A stretch of DNA of 64,000 nt, taken from a virus. The stretch is from positions 10,021-74,020 of the IMG/VR virus record IMGVR_UViG_3300020411_000483. One strand, given 5' to 3'. Positions 49,782-58,419 of the stretch are shown piece after piece. Position numbers and translations under genes: made by a program. Below the pieces are notes generated by a model. The model ran no database searches. It worked only from the letters and a program-made list of their open reading frames with translations, and was not told the DNA's origin. Within the stretch, counting starts at the first letter, position 1; each line of letters begins with the position of its first letter.

Positions 49782-51842
49782 TTAGAAACAAGATTGTGTT
49801 GTAGTGCTGCCAACGTTGGTAACAGTAATAGGATCGAGTGTAGTTGGTGTGCTCGAAGTCTCAAAAATGGTTGGCGTAAGACTATTTAGTGGGATACTGG
49901 TAGGTGGAGTAGTACCAATCGCACCAATGTCAATCGTTGGGTTTATTACACCGATAATAGTATCTGGACTTGGAGTAGGTATTTGAGATGCGTTTGCAGG
50001 AATAATCTGTACAGGAATGTTTAAATCTCCTAATGCAGCAAGGTTTGCAGCAGAAGAATCTACTGTGCCACCTTCAAATACACCGTCTGCATCAGTATCA
50101 ACTGCTGTACCTGCTAATACTCCCAAATTATTACCTGCTGCACCTGTTACATTTGCAGGACCAAAACAGATATCACCAGTTGTATAGTTAACTGTACCAG
50201 CAGAAGAATTAGTAATAACTTTTCTATTACCACTGTTGTAATAAGTTCTTAAGTTTCCAAACCCATCATCCTCGAAATACTGGTCTACAGTAGGACGATC
50301 AGCGAGTCTAAACCTACCAGAAACGATTACAGGCTCTTTGACACAACCATCTGCATTAGAAGTCTTACCTGGAGCACTATCGTAGATAGGAGCACCAGTT
50401 GATATACAGTATGTGTTTGTTTCTGCTGGTTTTGGATTAATATATTTTAGTAGTGAGACTTGAGTCGAAACATCAGAAATACACTTATCTGCAAGTGTTA
50501 TTGCCTTCTGGAATTTCGCAAGACTGAATGAAGAATTGAAGTTGTTAACTTTAGAAGCAACTGCCCACTCATTAATAGCATTTTGAGCATTTGATTCGAT
50601 AGCAGAGACGCTTCTAGCAGAGCAAGCAGGGTCATAAGTGATAAACACTTTAGGATAGACGTAAATGCTCTCAGCATCGGTTACAACGGGTTCAATCGAT
50701 GCCATAGCGTATGCTCTCAACTGTTTAGAGAGGTTTATCTTTGTTGCATCGTTTAATTTAGATCCTGTCTTAGTTTTGACTGCGATGTAGACTTTTCCAT
50801 ATACAGGAGGATATAATTCATCTCCACCATAAGCGACAACGCTTGCCACGTTATCATATATCTTTTGCATGATAACTTCGTAATCCTTTGAAGTAACTGC
50901 ACGATATTGGGCAGAATAGTATCTTGGAGCATTATATTTGATGGATTCAACGCTTTCTTCATCAGAACCTCCGTAGGATGTATTCTTAACTATTACGTCT
51001 ACATCAGATGCAGAATAGTTAACACCATTACTATCAGAGATTAAACCGATAAATGCAAAGCTTGTTACATCATTTGCACCTTTTCCAGCAGTTACAAGGT
51101 ATTCAAGGTCAATAACCTCACCATCAGTTAATTTTCTACCAATTACATCATCACCAAAAGTCAATTCATATCTCATATCCTCTGTTTCGGATAAGAAATA
51201 AACCCTGTCAGTTGCTGTTACATTAGTAACATTTTCTACTTTATTATAAACGTCTGAGCTAGTGCTACTTTCGTTTGCTCTAACACTAACTTTTAGAGTG
51301 GCAATATCTGCATCAGATGTTGGTACCACATAATTCTGTTTAGCAAATGTGTTAACAAGATACGAGAAGTTGATAACGCTACCTTCTTGTATCAATACAC
51401 ATTTTAATGTTGCAATTCCTGTTGTTTGATCAACCTCAGCAGTGAATGGCTCTAGTCTATTCCAAGTGTAATTACCACCAGTAGCAACGGATCCCTTCGC
51501 TAAAGTGACTGAAGCAGGCCAAGCACCAGCAGTTTGATTAGTTTGTATCGCTAATTCCAAATACGCCTTAGAAGCAGTAACAGAATTAGGTGTATAGTTT
51601 AAAAGCTTCGCAATATTGACAATATTATCTCTTACAGTAGATGATGCTATAAATGCCTCATTCATTGACATATTTGCCATGAATGCACTATAATAAGTGT
51701 TATAAGCAAGAGTATCAATTAAATACGACAGACCTGACCCTTCAAAGTCATAATCTGAAAATTCACTACGAGTTCGCAGATATGCCTTGATAGAAGACTT
51801 AATATCTGTAAAATCTAATGCTGTTAAATTATTCGGTTGCAT
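49782..51842 (-). CDS. g6: Baseplate wedge subunit (gp6-like)
   Basis: LDF.DIK.SIK.YLR...EFSDYDFEGSGLS.LID.LAYNTYY; ES.ESIKYNAPRYYSAQYRAVT..DY; YGKVYI. Confidence 0.94.
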   Translation of the reverse strand: MQPNNLTALDFTDIKSSIKAYLRTRSEFSDYDFEGSGLSYLIDTLAYNTYYSAFMANMSMNEAFIASSTVRDNIVNIAKLLNYTPNSVTASKAYLELAIQTNQTAGAWPASVTLAKGSVATGGNYTWNRLEPFTAEVDQTTGIATLKCVLIQEGSVINFSYLVNTFAKQNYVVPTSDADIATLKVSVRANESSTSSDVYNKVENVTNVTATDRVYFLSETEDMRYELTFGDDVIGRKLTDGEVIDLEYLVTAGKGANDVTSFAFIGLISDSNGVNYSASDVDVIVKNTSYGGSDEESVESIKYNAPRYYSAQYRAVTSKDYEVIMQKIYDNVASVVAYGGDELYPPVYGKVYIAVKTKTGSKLNDATKINLSKQLRAYAMASIEPVVTDAESIYVYPKVFITYDPACSARSVSAIESNAQNAINEWAVASKVNNFNSSFSLAKFQKAITLADKCISDVSTQVSLLKYINPKPAETNTYCISTGAPIYDSAPGKTSNADGCVKEPVIVSGRFRLADRPTVDQYFEDDGFGNLRTYYNSGNRKVITNSSAGTVNYTTGDICFGPANVTGAAGNNLGVLAGTAVDTDADGVFEGGTVDSSAANLAALGDLNIPVQIIPANASQIPTPSPDTIIGVINPTIDIGAIGTTPPTSIPLNSLTPTIFETSSTPTTLDPITVTNVGSTTTQSCF

Positions 51843-52258
51843 TATGGTCTCTGTAAGACGAAGGTGATATTCTCAATTACTGGAAGACCAACTATTTGGT
51901 ATTCTAGGTCAACGGTTATAGCGTTGTCATCATAATCAGGTACGCACTCTAGGCTAGTAATCTTTATACGTGGCTCGTGTTGCTGTAATGTATTTAGTAT
52001 CTCACTATGGATCGAGTCAATTAAAAATGGGTCTAACGGCTCAAATAGCATTTGAGATACATTAGAACCAAAATTAGGTTGAAATGGTTTTTCTCCAGGA
52101 GTTGTTAATATAATATTTTTGACCGCTTGTTTTATTGCTTGGTCATTTTTAGTAGGTTGTACGTCTTTCGTAAATGGGTTCTTGGTAAAACCGACGGGAA
52201 TGTCCTTAAACGCTCTCGACTTATTAAATTCCTTACCTGTTATCGGTTTTAATGCCAT
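51842..52258 (-). CDS. g25: Baseplate wedge subunit (gp25-like)
   Basis: AIKQAVKNIILT.PGEKPFQPNFGS...MLFE...EPRI. Confidence 0.93.
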   Translation of the reverse strand: MALKPITGKEFNKSRAFKDIPVGFTKNPFTKDVQPTKNDQAIKQAVKNIILTTPGEKPFQPNFGSNVSQMLFEPLDPFLIDSIHSEILNTLQQHEPRIKITSLECVPDYDDNAITVDLEYQIVGLPVIENITFVLQRP

Positions 52259-52542
52259 TAGACTTCATAGAAAGTATATCTCAAGAATAGTTCCTCCATA
52301 GGACCTATAGACCTAATGGTCTTAACATAATATTTGTTTCCGACTTGATACTTAACACAATTAGGGTTTATGCTATGATTTAGAAATCCACCTAGGGGTG
52401 TTCTGTATATTTCGCCGTTTTCAAGGTAATGTGACATACCAAGCTCTTTGCCTTCGGTTAATTCATATCGTGTGAATATACCTTGTCCTGCTACTGGACT
52501 ATTTTGCACAAAAAGTCCTTCAGGAAGTGCTCTGTAGGTCAC
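52258..52542 (-). CDS. Minimal SET-domain protein (putative SAM-dependent protein-lysine methyltransferase)
   Basis: SET signatures: S.VAGQGIF (GxG), GFLNHSINPNC (RF-NHSxxPN) and I.P.EELFLRY (EL..Y). Confidence 0.82.
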   Translation of the reverse strand: MTYRALPEGLFVQNSPVAGQGIFTRYELTEGKELGMSHYLENGEIYRTPLGGFLNHSINPNCVKYQVGNKYYVKTIRSIGPMEELFLRYTFYEV

Positions 52543-52563
52543 TATTCATAATGTAACTAATTA

Positions 52564-52758
52564 TTATTTATCAGAGAAACGGACACCTTTGCATCCCTCT
52601 TTAGAACAGTAGTATCTTCCTTCACCTTGATTAGGTGTCAAATAGTCAACACCTTCTGCCCATTCATCCATTGCTTCTCTCACAATAGACTTTATTTCAT
52701 TACGAATATACTCTTTCTGCTTTTCTCTACGCTCTTTAATCTTTTTGAAGTTAAACAT
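52564..52758 (-). CDS. Hypothetical protein (64 aa, CxxxxC near C-terminus)
   Basis: TAATG overlap with ho1. Confidence 0.65.
   Translation of the reverse strand: MFNFKKIKERREKQKEYIRNEIKSIVREAMDEWAEGVDYLTPNQGEGRYYCSKEGCKGVRFSDK
52565..52571 (-). promoter_or_regulatory. Late promoter core ATAAATA upstream of SET-g25-g6-g7
   Basis: GATAAATAAT overlapping the upstream stop codon, about 23 nt before the SET start. Confidence 0.6.
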
Positions 52759-53435
52759 TAGTTTCCCCGTAAAAAACCTAATAACACTTTCCAGAATCCT
52801 TTAGTAGCAGATCCTTGAATTTCATCAAATAGGTACATATTTAACCTAAATGCATAATTTGCCTCTGTAATTAGTGCATTTGTTTGAGATTCATCTAAAC
52901 CAAGATTATCTAAAACGTTCCTATAGTTATTCTTAAACTCTTTAGCATCAGGTATCTTACTAAAATCGTAAAACCATAATCCTTCACCTTTAGGTGGATT
53001 AAGTGCTTTTTGAGCAATATTGCATAAAATCTGTCCTCCAGACAAATCACCGATATATCTCGTGTAATGATGTCCTATTAATAGGTAAGGTTCATCATTA
53101 GCAACTTGATTAATTCTATAACAATATGTGTTACATGCCTCAGTAGGTATCTGTAATGCTCTCCAATTAGGACCATAGAAGTATCTAAGGTCTCTTTCTA
53201 AGTTATTAACACGCTCTAACTCACCTTGGAATCCACTTATTATTTTCACCCAAGGATCCTCGGATTTCCTAATTTGCTCCTCCATCGTCTGATAGACGTA
53301 ATAGAAATTAGTCAATAATTGACGATATTGCTCAGGGTCTAACACCCCTTTAAGGAATCCAGAAACAAATTTAGTGTTTTCTGCTGCTGAATGGGACTTT
53401 TTAGTCCCTTCCTTCAATGCTAGTGCTAATCCCAT
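52758..53435 (-). CDS. ho1: Heme oxygenase (ferredoxin-dependent, cyanobacterial type)
   Basis: LKEGTKKSHSAAENT.F (proximal His), HHYTRYIGDLSGGQIL, EANYAFRLNM.LF. Confidence 0.95.
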   Translation of the reverse strand: MGLALALKEGTKKSHSAAENTKFVSGFLKGVLDPEQYRQLLTNFYYVYQTMEEQIRKSEDPWVKIISGFQGELERVNNLERDLRYFYGPNWRALQIPTEACNTYCYRINQVANDEPYLLIGHHYTRYIGDLSGGQILCNIAQKALNPPKGEGLWFYDFSKIPDAKEFKNNYRNVLDNLGLDESQTNALITEANYAFRLNMYLFDEIQGSATKGFWKVLLGFLRGN

Positions 53436-53617
53436 TATTCTGTCTCCGCAGTTTCAAATTCTTCAATTTGGTCAACATACACCTCATTTCCAGCAATGCG
53501 GTATTTGTGACCTCTTTCATCCTCACCAAGATATTCAAGACTATTCTCACCAGAGAAACTATGCTCTCTTAGAACAGCTTGAAGTCTATAGTGGAGCAAA
53601 TCAACGTGTGATATCAT
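53435..53617 (-). CDS. Hypothetical protein (60 aa)
   Basis: Translationally coupled on both sides; LQAVLREH...LEYLG...GHKYRIAG. Confidence 0.7.
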   Translation of the reverse strand: MISHVDLLHYRLQAVLREHSFSGENSLEYLGEDERGHKYRIAGNEVYVDQIEEFETAETE

Positions 53618-53763
53618 CTACCCTGTCCTCTATAACGCTTCTTTGCGTTATTGCGGGAAGTAGCAGACAACTTAGTGTGCATACTTGAGCCTTGTCTAGT
53701 CTTTTTAGGGTTTGGTTGCACATAGTTAGTGGTAATCCATGCACCACCTTTTGCTTTTGCCAT
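53614..53763 (-). CDS. Small, highly basic peptide (49 aa)
   Basis: Not in track: MAKAKGGAWITTNYVQPNPKKTRQGSSMHTKLSATSRNNAKKRYRGQGR. It fills the gap exactly, with an ATGA overlap to the next gene. Confidence 0.75.
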   Translation of the reverse strand: MAKAKGGAWITTNYVQPNPKKTRQGSSMHTKLSATSRNNAKKRYRGQGR

Positions 53764-53765
53764 AG

Positions 53766-54275
53766 TTAATCACCTACGAATACATTATTAGAAGCACCTG
53801 CAATGGTAGAGTAACACTCACCTTCAATACCTCCGTTTAGAGGATCACCGAATCTATTTGCCAATTTTCCCATTATATACACTGTTTTAGTGGTTGCGTG
53901 GGAAACTCGCTTATGTTTACCGCCATCACGGACATCTTCAGAGGTAAGGTACTTACCATTACAGATATCTGGTGGAGGTGGACTCTTACATCCTCCATGA
54001 GCGTGCTTGTTGGTAGTAGAGCAAGGATGGTTAGTTAAAACGTCCTTGTCGATAATCGGACATATGTTGTTTATCAACACAGTCGGATTCTTCGGTGTTT
54101 TAGGTCTCTGTGCTAAGGGATTCCATTTAAGGACGCTATTCTTAGACGACAGAGGTTTCGGACTCGCTTGAGGGCAATTCATAGGACATCCATACGTGGC
54201 ATGTACATGTCCTGTAACTGCTCTTCCGTGTCCTGAGCATTTACCTTTGTAGTAAGCTGCTTTCTGTGCTCCCAT
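53766..54275 (-). CDS. PAAR-like spike tip protein (gp5.4-like), Cys/His-rich
   Basis: CSGHG, TVLINN..P....D.L..H.C, TVYI.GK...R.GDP, C...IAGAS.NVFVG. Confidence 0.8.
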   Translation of the reverse strand: MGAQKAAYYKGKCSGHGRAVTGHVHATYGCPMNCPQASPKPLSSKNSVLKWNPLAQRPKTPKNPTVLINNICPIIDKDVLTNHPCSTTNKHAHGGCKSPPPPDICNGKYLTSEDVRDGGKHKRVSHATTKTVYIMGKLANRFGDPLNGGIEGECYSTIAGASNNVFVGD

Positions 54276-54290
54276 TATACTCCTTTCAGT

Positions 54291-57032
54291 TTAAATGTCA
54301 AATGGATTGCCGTAGGCTTCCACACACTTACTCATATTTAGGGTTGAAGCAGTCAAGTCATTCAATATTTGTAGTTGACCATATGCAGTCCAGTCTTGAG
54401 CACCAGGACCACGTATGCCAGACATACTATAAGATGTGGTAGTTGTGCCACCATTTGCGTTATTCGTTGTTCCACCTGCTCCTGGAGTGGGTGGAGGACA
54501 TGCATTTGAACCAGTACAACCACTTTCCTCAACCTTACAACCTATGGTTACCTTAATCAACATGTCCGTAGTGCTAGATGCACGATACTGACGCATGTGG
54601 TATTTGGTTAATTTGGATGCGTGCGGTAAATCTGCAAACCTACGTTGCACTGTGCTAACCAATGTTCCTGCATAATTGAGGTATTCTGGGACACTTTCCT
54701 GTGCTAATGCCTTACATTGCTGTTCAATACTCGCTAATCGTGTCTCTTCCGCTTCTTTTGTCTTCTTTTTCCAGTTAGCCATCTCTTTTTTATAGTCTTC
54801 ACCAACTACAGATTCATCAGTAATCGCATCTTTTACATCATTTACACCTTCAATACCGTATTTTGTGACAATTTCCCTGTATCTGTCTACCTTATCCTTA
54901 GAATAACGTCTTTGAGCTAGCATATAGATGTCATTTTTCGCTAAATCCATCAAAGATTCGGAATTTGGTTGTGGTGCAGTGGTAGATTTGCTCTCATATG
55001 ACCTTTGACGCATCTCATCAACCTGTTTATCCTCAGCACGATCTAGTGCGTTAATCATTTCAGGGAAACCACGACTTGCACGTAACTTCTCATAGAAACT
55101 TTCTATGCCAGTTTCTGATGCATCTATGCCATCTGTAATCTTTAACGTGTCTATTCTGTGCACATTCTGTACAACTGCCCTAGGCTCGTCTGTAGCAACC
55201 GAATATCCACTTCCTGCATTCTTTACTGTTATGTTAGTAACGACTCCATCTGCCCATTTACCGACTGCTGTAGCACCACTTCCACCTCCTCCACTGAATG
55301 TAACAGTAGCATCAGCAGAATATCCACTACCGTGGTTAGTAATTCTGACACGATTAACGTAACCACCTTGTCCACTTACCTGTGGAGTGACTTCCGCTAC
55401 TGCTGTTGCATTACCAGAAACAGTTACGGTAGGTGCAGAAGTGTATCCTATACCTGGATTTGTGACATCAATGTAAGAAATTGCTCCATTTGTTACCGTA
55501 GGCTCTAATTCTGCCTCTTTTCCTATGCTCGCCATAGGTGTAGTGCAGTTAAGTTCAGGTGGTGCACCTAGTAAATGCCATCCTGCTCCACCCGAATATA
55601 CATTAAATCCAGTAATAGTGCCATTAGTGATAATTCCTTCCGCAATTGGCTGTTTTAAGGTATTATATACGTCTGGAGACCCTCCATCTATGCTTTCTGT
55701 GGTATATTGGACGCTTTTATCGTAAAATTCGTATAATCCCATCAAACATGAGTGTGTTTTGACCCCTTTTCCAGCAAAAACAGTGATTTGGTGTGCCCTA
55801 TTGCTCGTATATTGCGTATTATAGGCAAAATCGTTGCCATTTCCGTCCAAATAGACCAAATGACGCTGAAAATTGTCAAATTCGGTGTGAAAAACCTTAG
55901 TTATGGTATGTCCGTTAATAGTATCACCCTCACGCATGGCATCAAACCCTGCTTGCGGTGCTGTTCCTTCTATAGGACCAACTGCTGATACTTTTAAGTC
56001 TATAGTTAATACAGAAGTAGTAAGGTCATCATGTGTATGAGTATAGTTTAATGTATAGGTATCATTGACTGCATAATTCTGTCCAGGATCCATTAATTCT
56101 AAAAATGTCCATTTAGTACCAGTGAATACACTGTTATCATAGTCATAGACAGCTTCTAGTCTTACTTTAACTCTCAGTCCTTGTTTTATACCACTTTCTA
56201 GTGCTGCACCTTCAAATATTATAATAGTATTCAGATCATCATCTCCTGTCTTCCAAGGATTCTGAGAAGTTACTACAGGAAGTCCTGAATAGGTCGATGC
56301 ATCCCATACGTCTACATCTATACTATCAGGAGTGTAAACAAAGTTAACATCAGTAACGCCATTAGGCAAGACTGTGGAAAAGGCATCATACTTGAATACA
56401 ATTTTATTAGAAAGGGTGCCAATACCAAATACAGTAGGGTAAGGACAATCGGGGTCACCAGTTTCGTCTCCTTCGGGGTTTTCGTATCTACAAATCGCTT
56501 CTTTGGGTGTAGCACTGAATCCTGTGCAAGGATGACACTGAGAAGTTGTTACAGTCTCATCTGCATCACCATTAGTTGCACCAGAGGATGCTGCTGTTTG
56601 GGTTTCAATGTAAAAACAAGGATATCCTATATTACCACCATTGGTACCCATGTCAAATAGGTAACAAAACCATGTGTCCGAATTCATTGCTTGAAATGAT
56701 AGTCGTGACGGCACGTGGTCATAGATAACAGTCCTTGGTGGACTACAAGCTATATCTCTGGTTATTCTTCCACAATAAGAACTAGCACTACCTGAGAAAC
56801 CACCTCCTGCTGGAGTAGCAACTATTGTAGAACCATACATTACAGCATCTATTGCCCAACCTGGTACATTAACACCAGCATTAAAATCTGATGGATATGC
56901 TCTTAATGTAAAGTCTGCTTTCGTTGCTGTTTCAGGTACATAAGCATGGTTATGCAAACCACTGCCTATAACATCACCAGCAGTTTGTCTACACAAGTCA
57001 TTAGAGTCATTATGACAACCTAAAACACCCAT
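54291..57032 (-). CDS. Putative virion structural protein (913 aa)
   Basis: Cys-rich termini; repeats of the I.V.N.G.GY...PTVT / GGGGSGATA type shared with g7; adjacent to the PAAR gene. Confidence 0.7.
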   Translation of the reverse strand: MGVLGCHNDSNDLCRQTAGDVIGSGLHNHAYVPETATKADFTLRAYPSDFNAGVNVPGWAIDAVMYGSTIVATPAGGGFSGSASSYCGRITRDIACSPPRTVIYDHVPSRLSFQAMNSDTWFCYLFDMGTNGGNIGYPCFYIETQTAASSGATNGDADETVTTSQCHPCTGFSATPKEAICRYENPEGDETGDPDCPYPTVFGIGTLSNKIVFKYDAFSTVLPNGVTDVNFVYTPDSIDVDVWDASTYSGLPVVTSQNPWKTGDDDLNTIIIFEGAALESGIKQGLRVKVRLEAVYDYDNSVFTGTKWTFLELMDPGQNYAVNDTYTLNYTHTHDDLTTSVLTIDLKVSAVGPIEGTAPQAGFDAMREGDTINGHTITKVFHTEFDNFQRHLVYLDGNGNDFAYNTQYTSNRAHQITVFAGKGVKTHSCLMGLYEFYDKSVQYTTESIDGGSPDVYNTLKQPIAEGIITNGTITGFNVYSGGAGWHLLGAPPELNCTTPMASIGKEAELEPTVTNGAISYIDVTNPGIGYTSAPTVTVSGNATAVAEVTPQVSGQGGYVNRVRITNHGSGYSADATVTFSGGGGSGATAVGKWADGVVTNITVKNAGSGYSVATDEPRAVVQNVHRIDTLKITDGIDASETGIESFYEKLRASRGFPEMINALDRAEDKQVDEMRQRSYESKSTTAPQPNSESLMDLAKNDIYMLAQRRYSKDKVDRYREIVTKYGIEGVNDVKDAITDESVVGEDYKKEMANWKKKTKEAEETRLASIEQQCKALAQESVPEYLNYAGTLVSTVQRRFADLPHASKLTKYHMRQYRASSTTDMLIKVTIGCKVEESGCTGSNACPPPTPGAGGTTNNANGGTTTTSYSMSGIRGPGAQDWTAYGQLQILNDLTASTLNMSKCVEAYGNPFDI

Positions 57033-57412
57033 TATTGCTTTTGTTTATCTTCAATACTATTTAACCGTTGATATATCAAATCGAGGTTTTCCTTGTAATT
57101 CAAATACTTCTCGTCGGCGTGGGGACGGTAGAGTATAAGGTTTGTAAAAGTCTGTGGTAACGCTTGTACATACTCTTCTATAGACGTTAATCTTTGACCT
57201 ATCGTCTCTAAACACTTATTAACTACCTCGTGTGCAATCTCGTTATCCTTAAACCTAGGATCATCTTCGAGTTGCCGTTTAATTTCTTTTTCAATGTCCA
57301 GATGTATCTCTGAAGCTGTCAACGCGGTTGAAACGTGGTTTCGCGGGTCTGACATTTCTGTTTCTTCCATAGTACCTACTTCTTCATTCCAAGGGATTAA
57401 AAACCAAGTCAT
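57032..57412 (-). CDS. Hypothetical protein
   Basis: ORF track; coupled to both neighbours; HEVVN.CL..I..RL..IEEYV...YRP....YL..KE.LD.IY.RL. Confidence 0.7.
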   Translation of the reverse strand: MTWFLIPWNEEVGTMEETEMSDPRNHVSTALTASEIHLDIEKEIKRQLEDDPRFKDNEIAHEVVNKCLETIGQRLTSIEEYVQALPQTFTNLILYRPHADEKYLNYKENLDLIYQRLNSIEDKQKQ

Positions 57413-57579
57413 TCATCAGTGACCTTTTTGAGAGTGAATGATAGATTTACTTCATCTATCTCGTATTCTAACTCATCTCCGACAGCCCATCCAAGGTCTT
57501 CACATATATTATCATCGATATAAAGTAGACTATCGCCGTATTCATCCTCGTTGATAGTGATTGTGAATCTCTTGGACAT
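57409..57579 (-). CDS. AbrB/MazE-like (swapped-hairpin) small DNA-binding protein (56 aa)
   Basis: Not in track: MSKRFTITINEDEYGDSLLYIDDNICEDLGWAVGDELEYEIDEVNLSFTLKKVTDE; G...L.I...I...LGW..GD.L pattern; AGGAG RBS; ATGA overlap downstream. Confidence 0.65.
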   Translation of the reverse strand: MSKRFTITINEDEYGDSLLYIDDNICEDLGWAVGDELEYEIDEVNLSFTLKKVTDE

Positions 57580-57590
57580 ATGCCATCTCC

Positions 57591-57803
57591 TTATAGTTTA
57601 TTCAGTTGTGAGTATGTATCTCGTTTGTGAGTCTTCTTCCATTTATTCCATTCAGCAATGACTACTTCTCTATCAGTGCATTTCTTTGCATCTGCTAACC
57701 AACTTGCACAATCGTAGATTCGTGGGTCGAGCATTCCTTCGTGCCTCAGCATTACTTCAAGTGCCCACACTCTGTCATCCTGTGAGTCTTGTCTGAAATT
57801 CAT
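57591..57803 (-). CDS. Hypothetical protein (70 aa)
   Basis: ORF track; consistent with the minus-strand gene string. Confidence 0.65.
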   Translation of the reverse strand: MNFRQDSQDDRVWALEVMLRHEGMLDPRIYDCASWLADAKKCTDREVVIAEWNKWKKTHKRDTYSQLNKL

Positions 57804-57852
57804 AATCGTCTCTGGGGGAATTTTATACTGGAAAAAAATTTTTGATTTCCAT

Positions 57853-58044
57853 AGAAAAAGATACCCATTGAGTATATAGACCTCTTTCGGGTACCTTTGT
57901 AGGTTAGGGTAGTTTACTTTTTTAATATAGCGGCCCCCGAAGGGGCAACATCCAAGGCCACCACTGCGATTTGGGTGCCATTTCTTTATTGTTTCACTTT
58001 AAACATTTTCTAAGTAGTCATCACTTTTACCTTGAATGTGTATG
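57853..58044 (-). ncRNA. Candidate structured non-coding RNA or long leader downstream of a strong sigma70 promoter
   Basis: No ORF longer than 19 aa; GCCCC-UUCG-GGGGC tetraloop (57933-57946); 10-bp stem AAAGGUACCC/GGGUAUCUUU (57889-57898 / 57857-57866). Confidence 0.45.
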
Positions 58045-58049
58045 CACTA

Positions 58050-58078
58050 AGTATAACATAGTGAGAGAATTGTGTCAA
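58050..58078 (-). promoter_or_regulatory. sigma70-type promoter
   Basis: TTGACA-17 nt-TATACT, with extended -10 TG. Confidence 0.85.
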
Positions 58079-58085
58079 GTAGTTG

Positions 58086-58289
58086 TTAAGAACTGTTTGG
58101 GGAATTGTTATCAACTACTTCCCAAAACCATCCGATACTTTTTATATAATCAAAGCAGGAATGTCTGGGCAATTGTTGATATCTTTCTCCCCTACAGTTT
58201 CTAACACTATCCATGTGCAATTCCATCTCACTAATTGAACTAAACTCCCCTTGAAGTTCCTGTGAATTGTTATAAACTTTGTAGAGCAT
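58086..58289 (-). CDS. Hypothetical protein (67 aa)
   Basis: Lies directly downstream of the consensus promoter at 58325-58353. Confidence 0.7.
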   Translation of the reverse strand: MLYKVYNNSQELQGEFSSISEMELHMDSVRNCRGERYQQLPRHSCFDYIKSIGWFWEVVDNNSPNSS

Positions 58290-58324
58290 GATTGTGAGAG
58301 GTTCTTGTTAACCCTGACAGTGTT

Positions 58325-58353
58325 ATTGTAGCAGGTTTGTGATAATTTGTCAA
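58325..58353 (-). promoter_or_regulatory. sigma70-type promoter
   Basis: TTGACA-17 nt-TACAAT, with extended -10 TG. Confidence 0.85.
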
Positions 58354-58419
58354 GAATGTGTGAGTTTATTGTTAATACTTGACAGTCGGTAGATTACGTG
58401 CTAAGGGTGTTACATAGGG

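Noticed and set aside
53374-53688. Plus-strand 104-aa ORF
   Set aside because: Antisense to three coupled minus-strand genes.
56373-56381. Isolated TGTGGAAAA box (also at 60210-60218)
   Set aside because: Inside coding sequence (the FSTV codons); compatible with chance.
57971-58204. Plus-strand 77-aa ORF
   Set aside because: Antisense to a consensus promoter and to a minus-strand gene.
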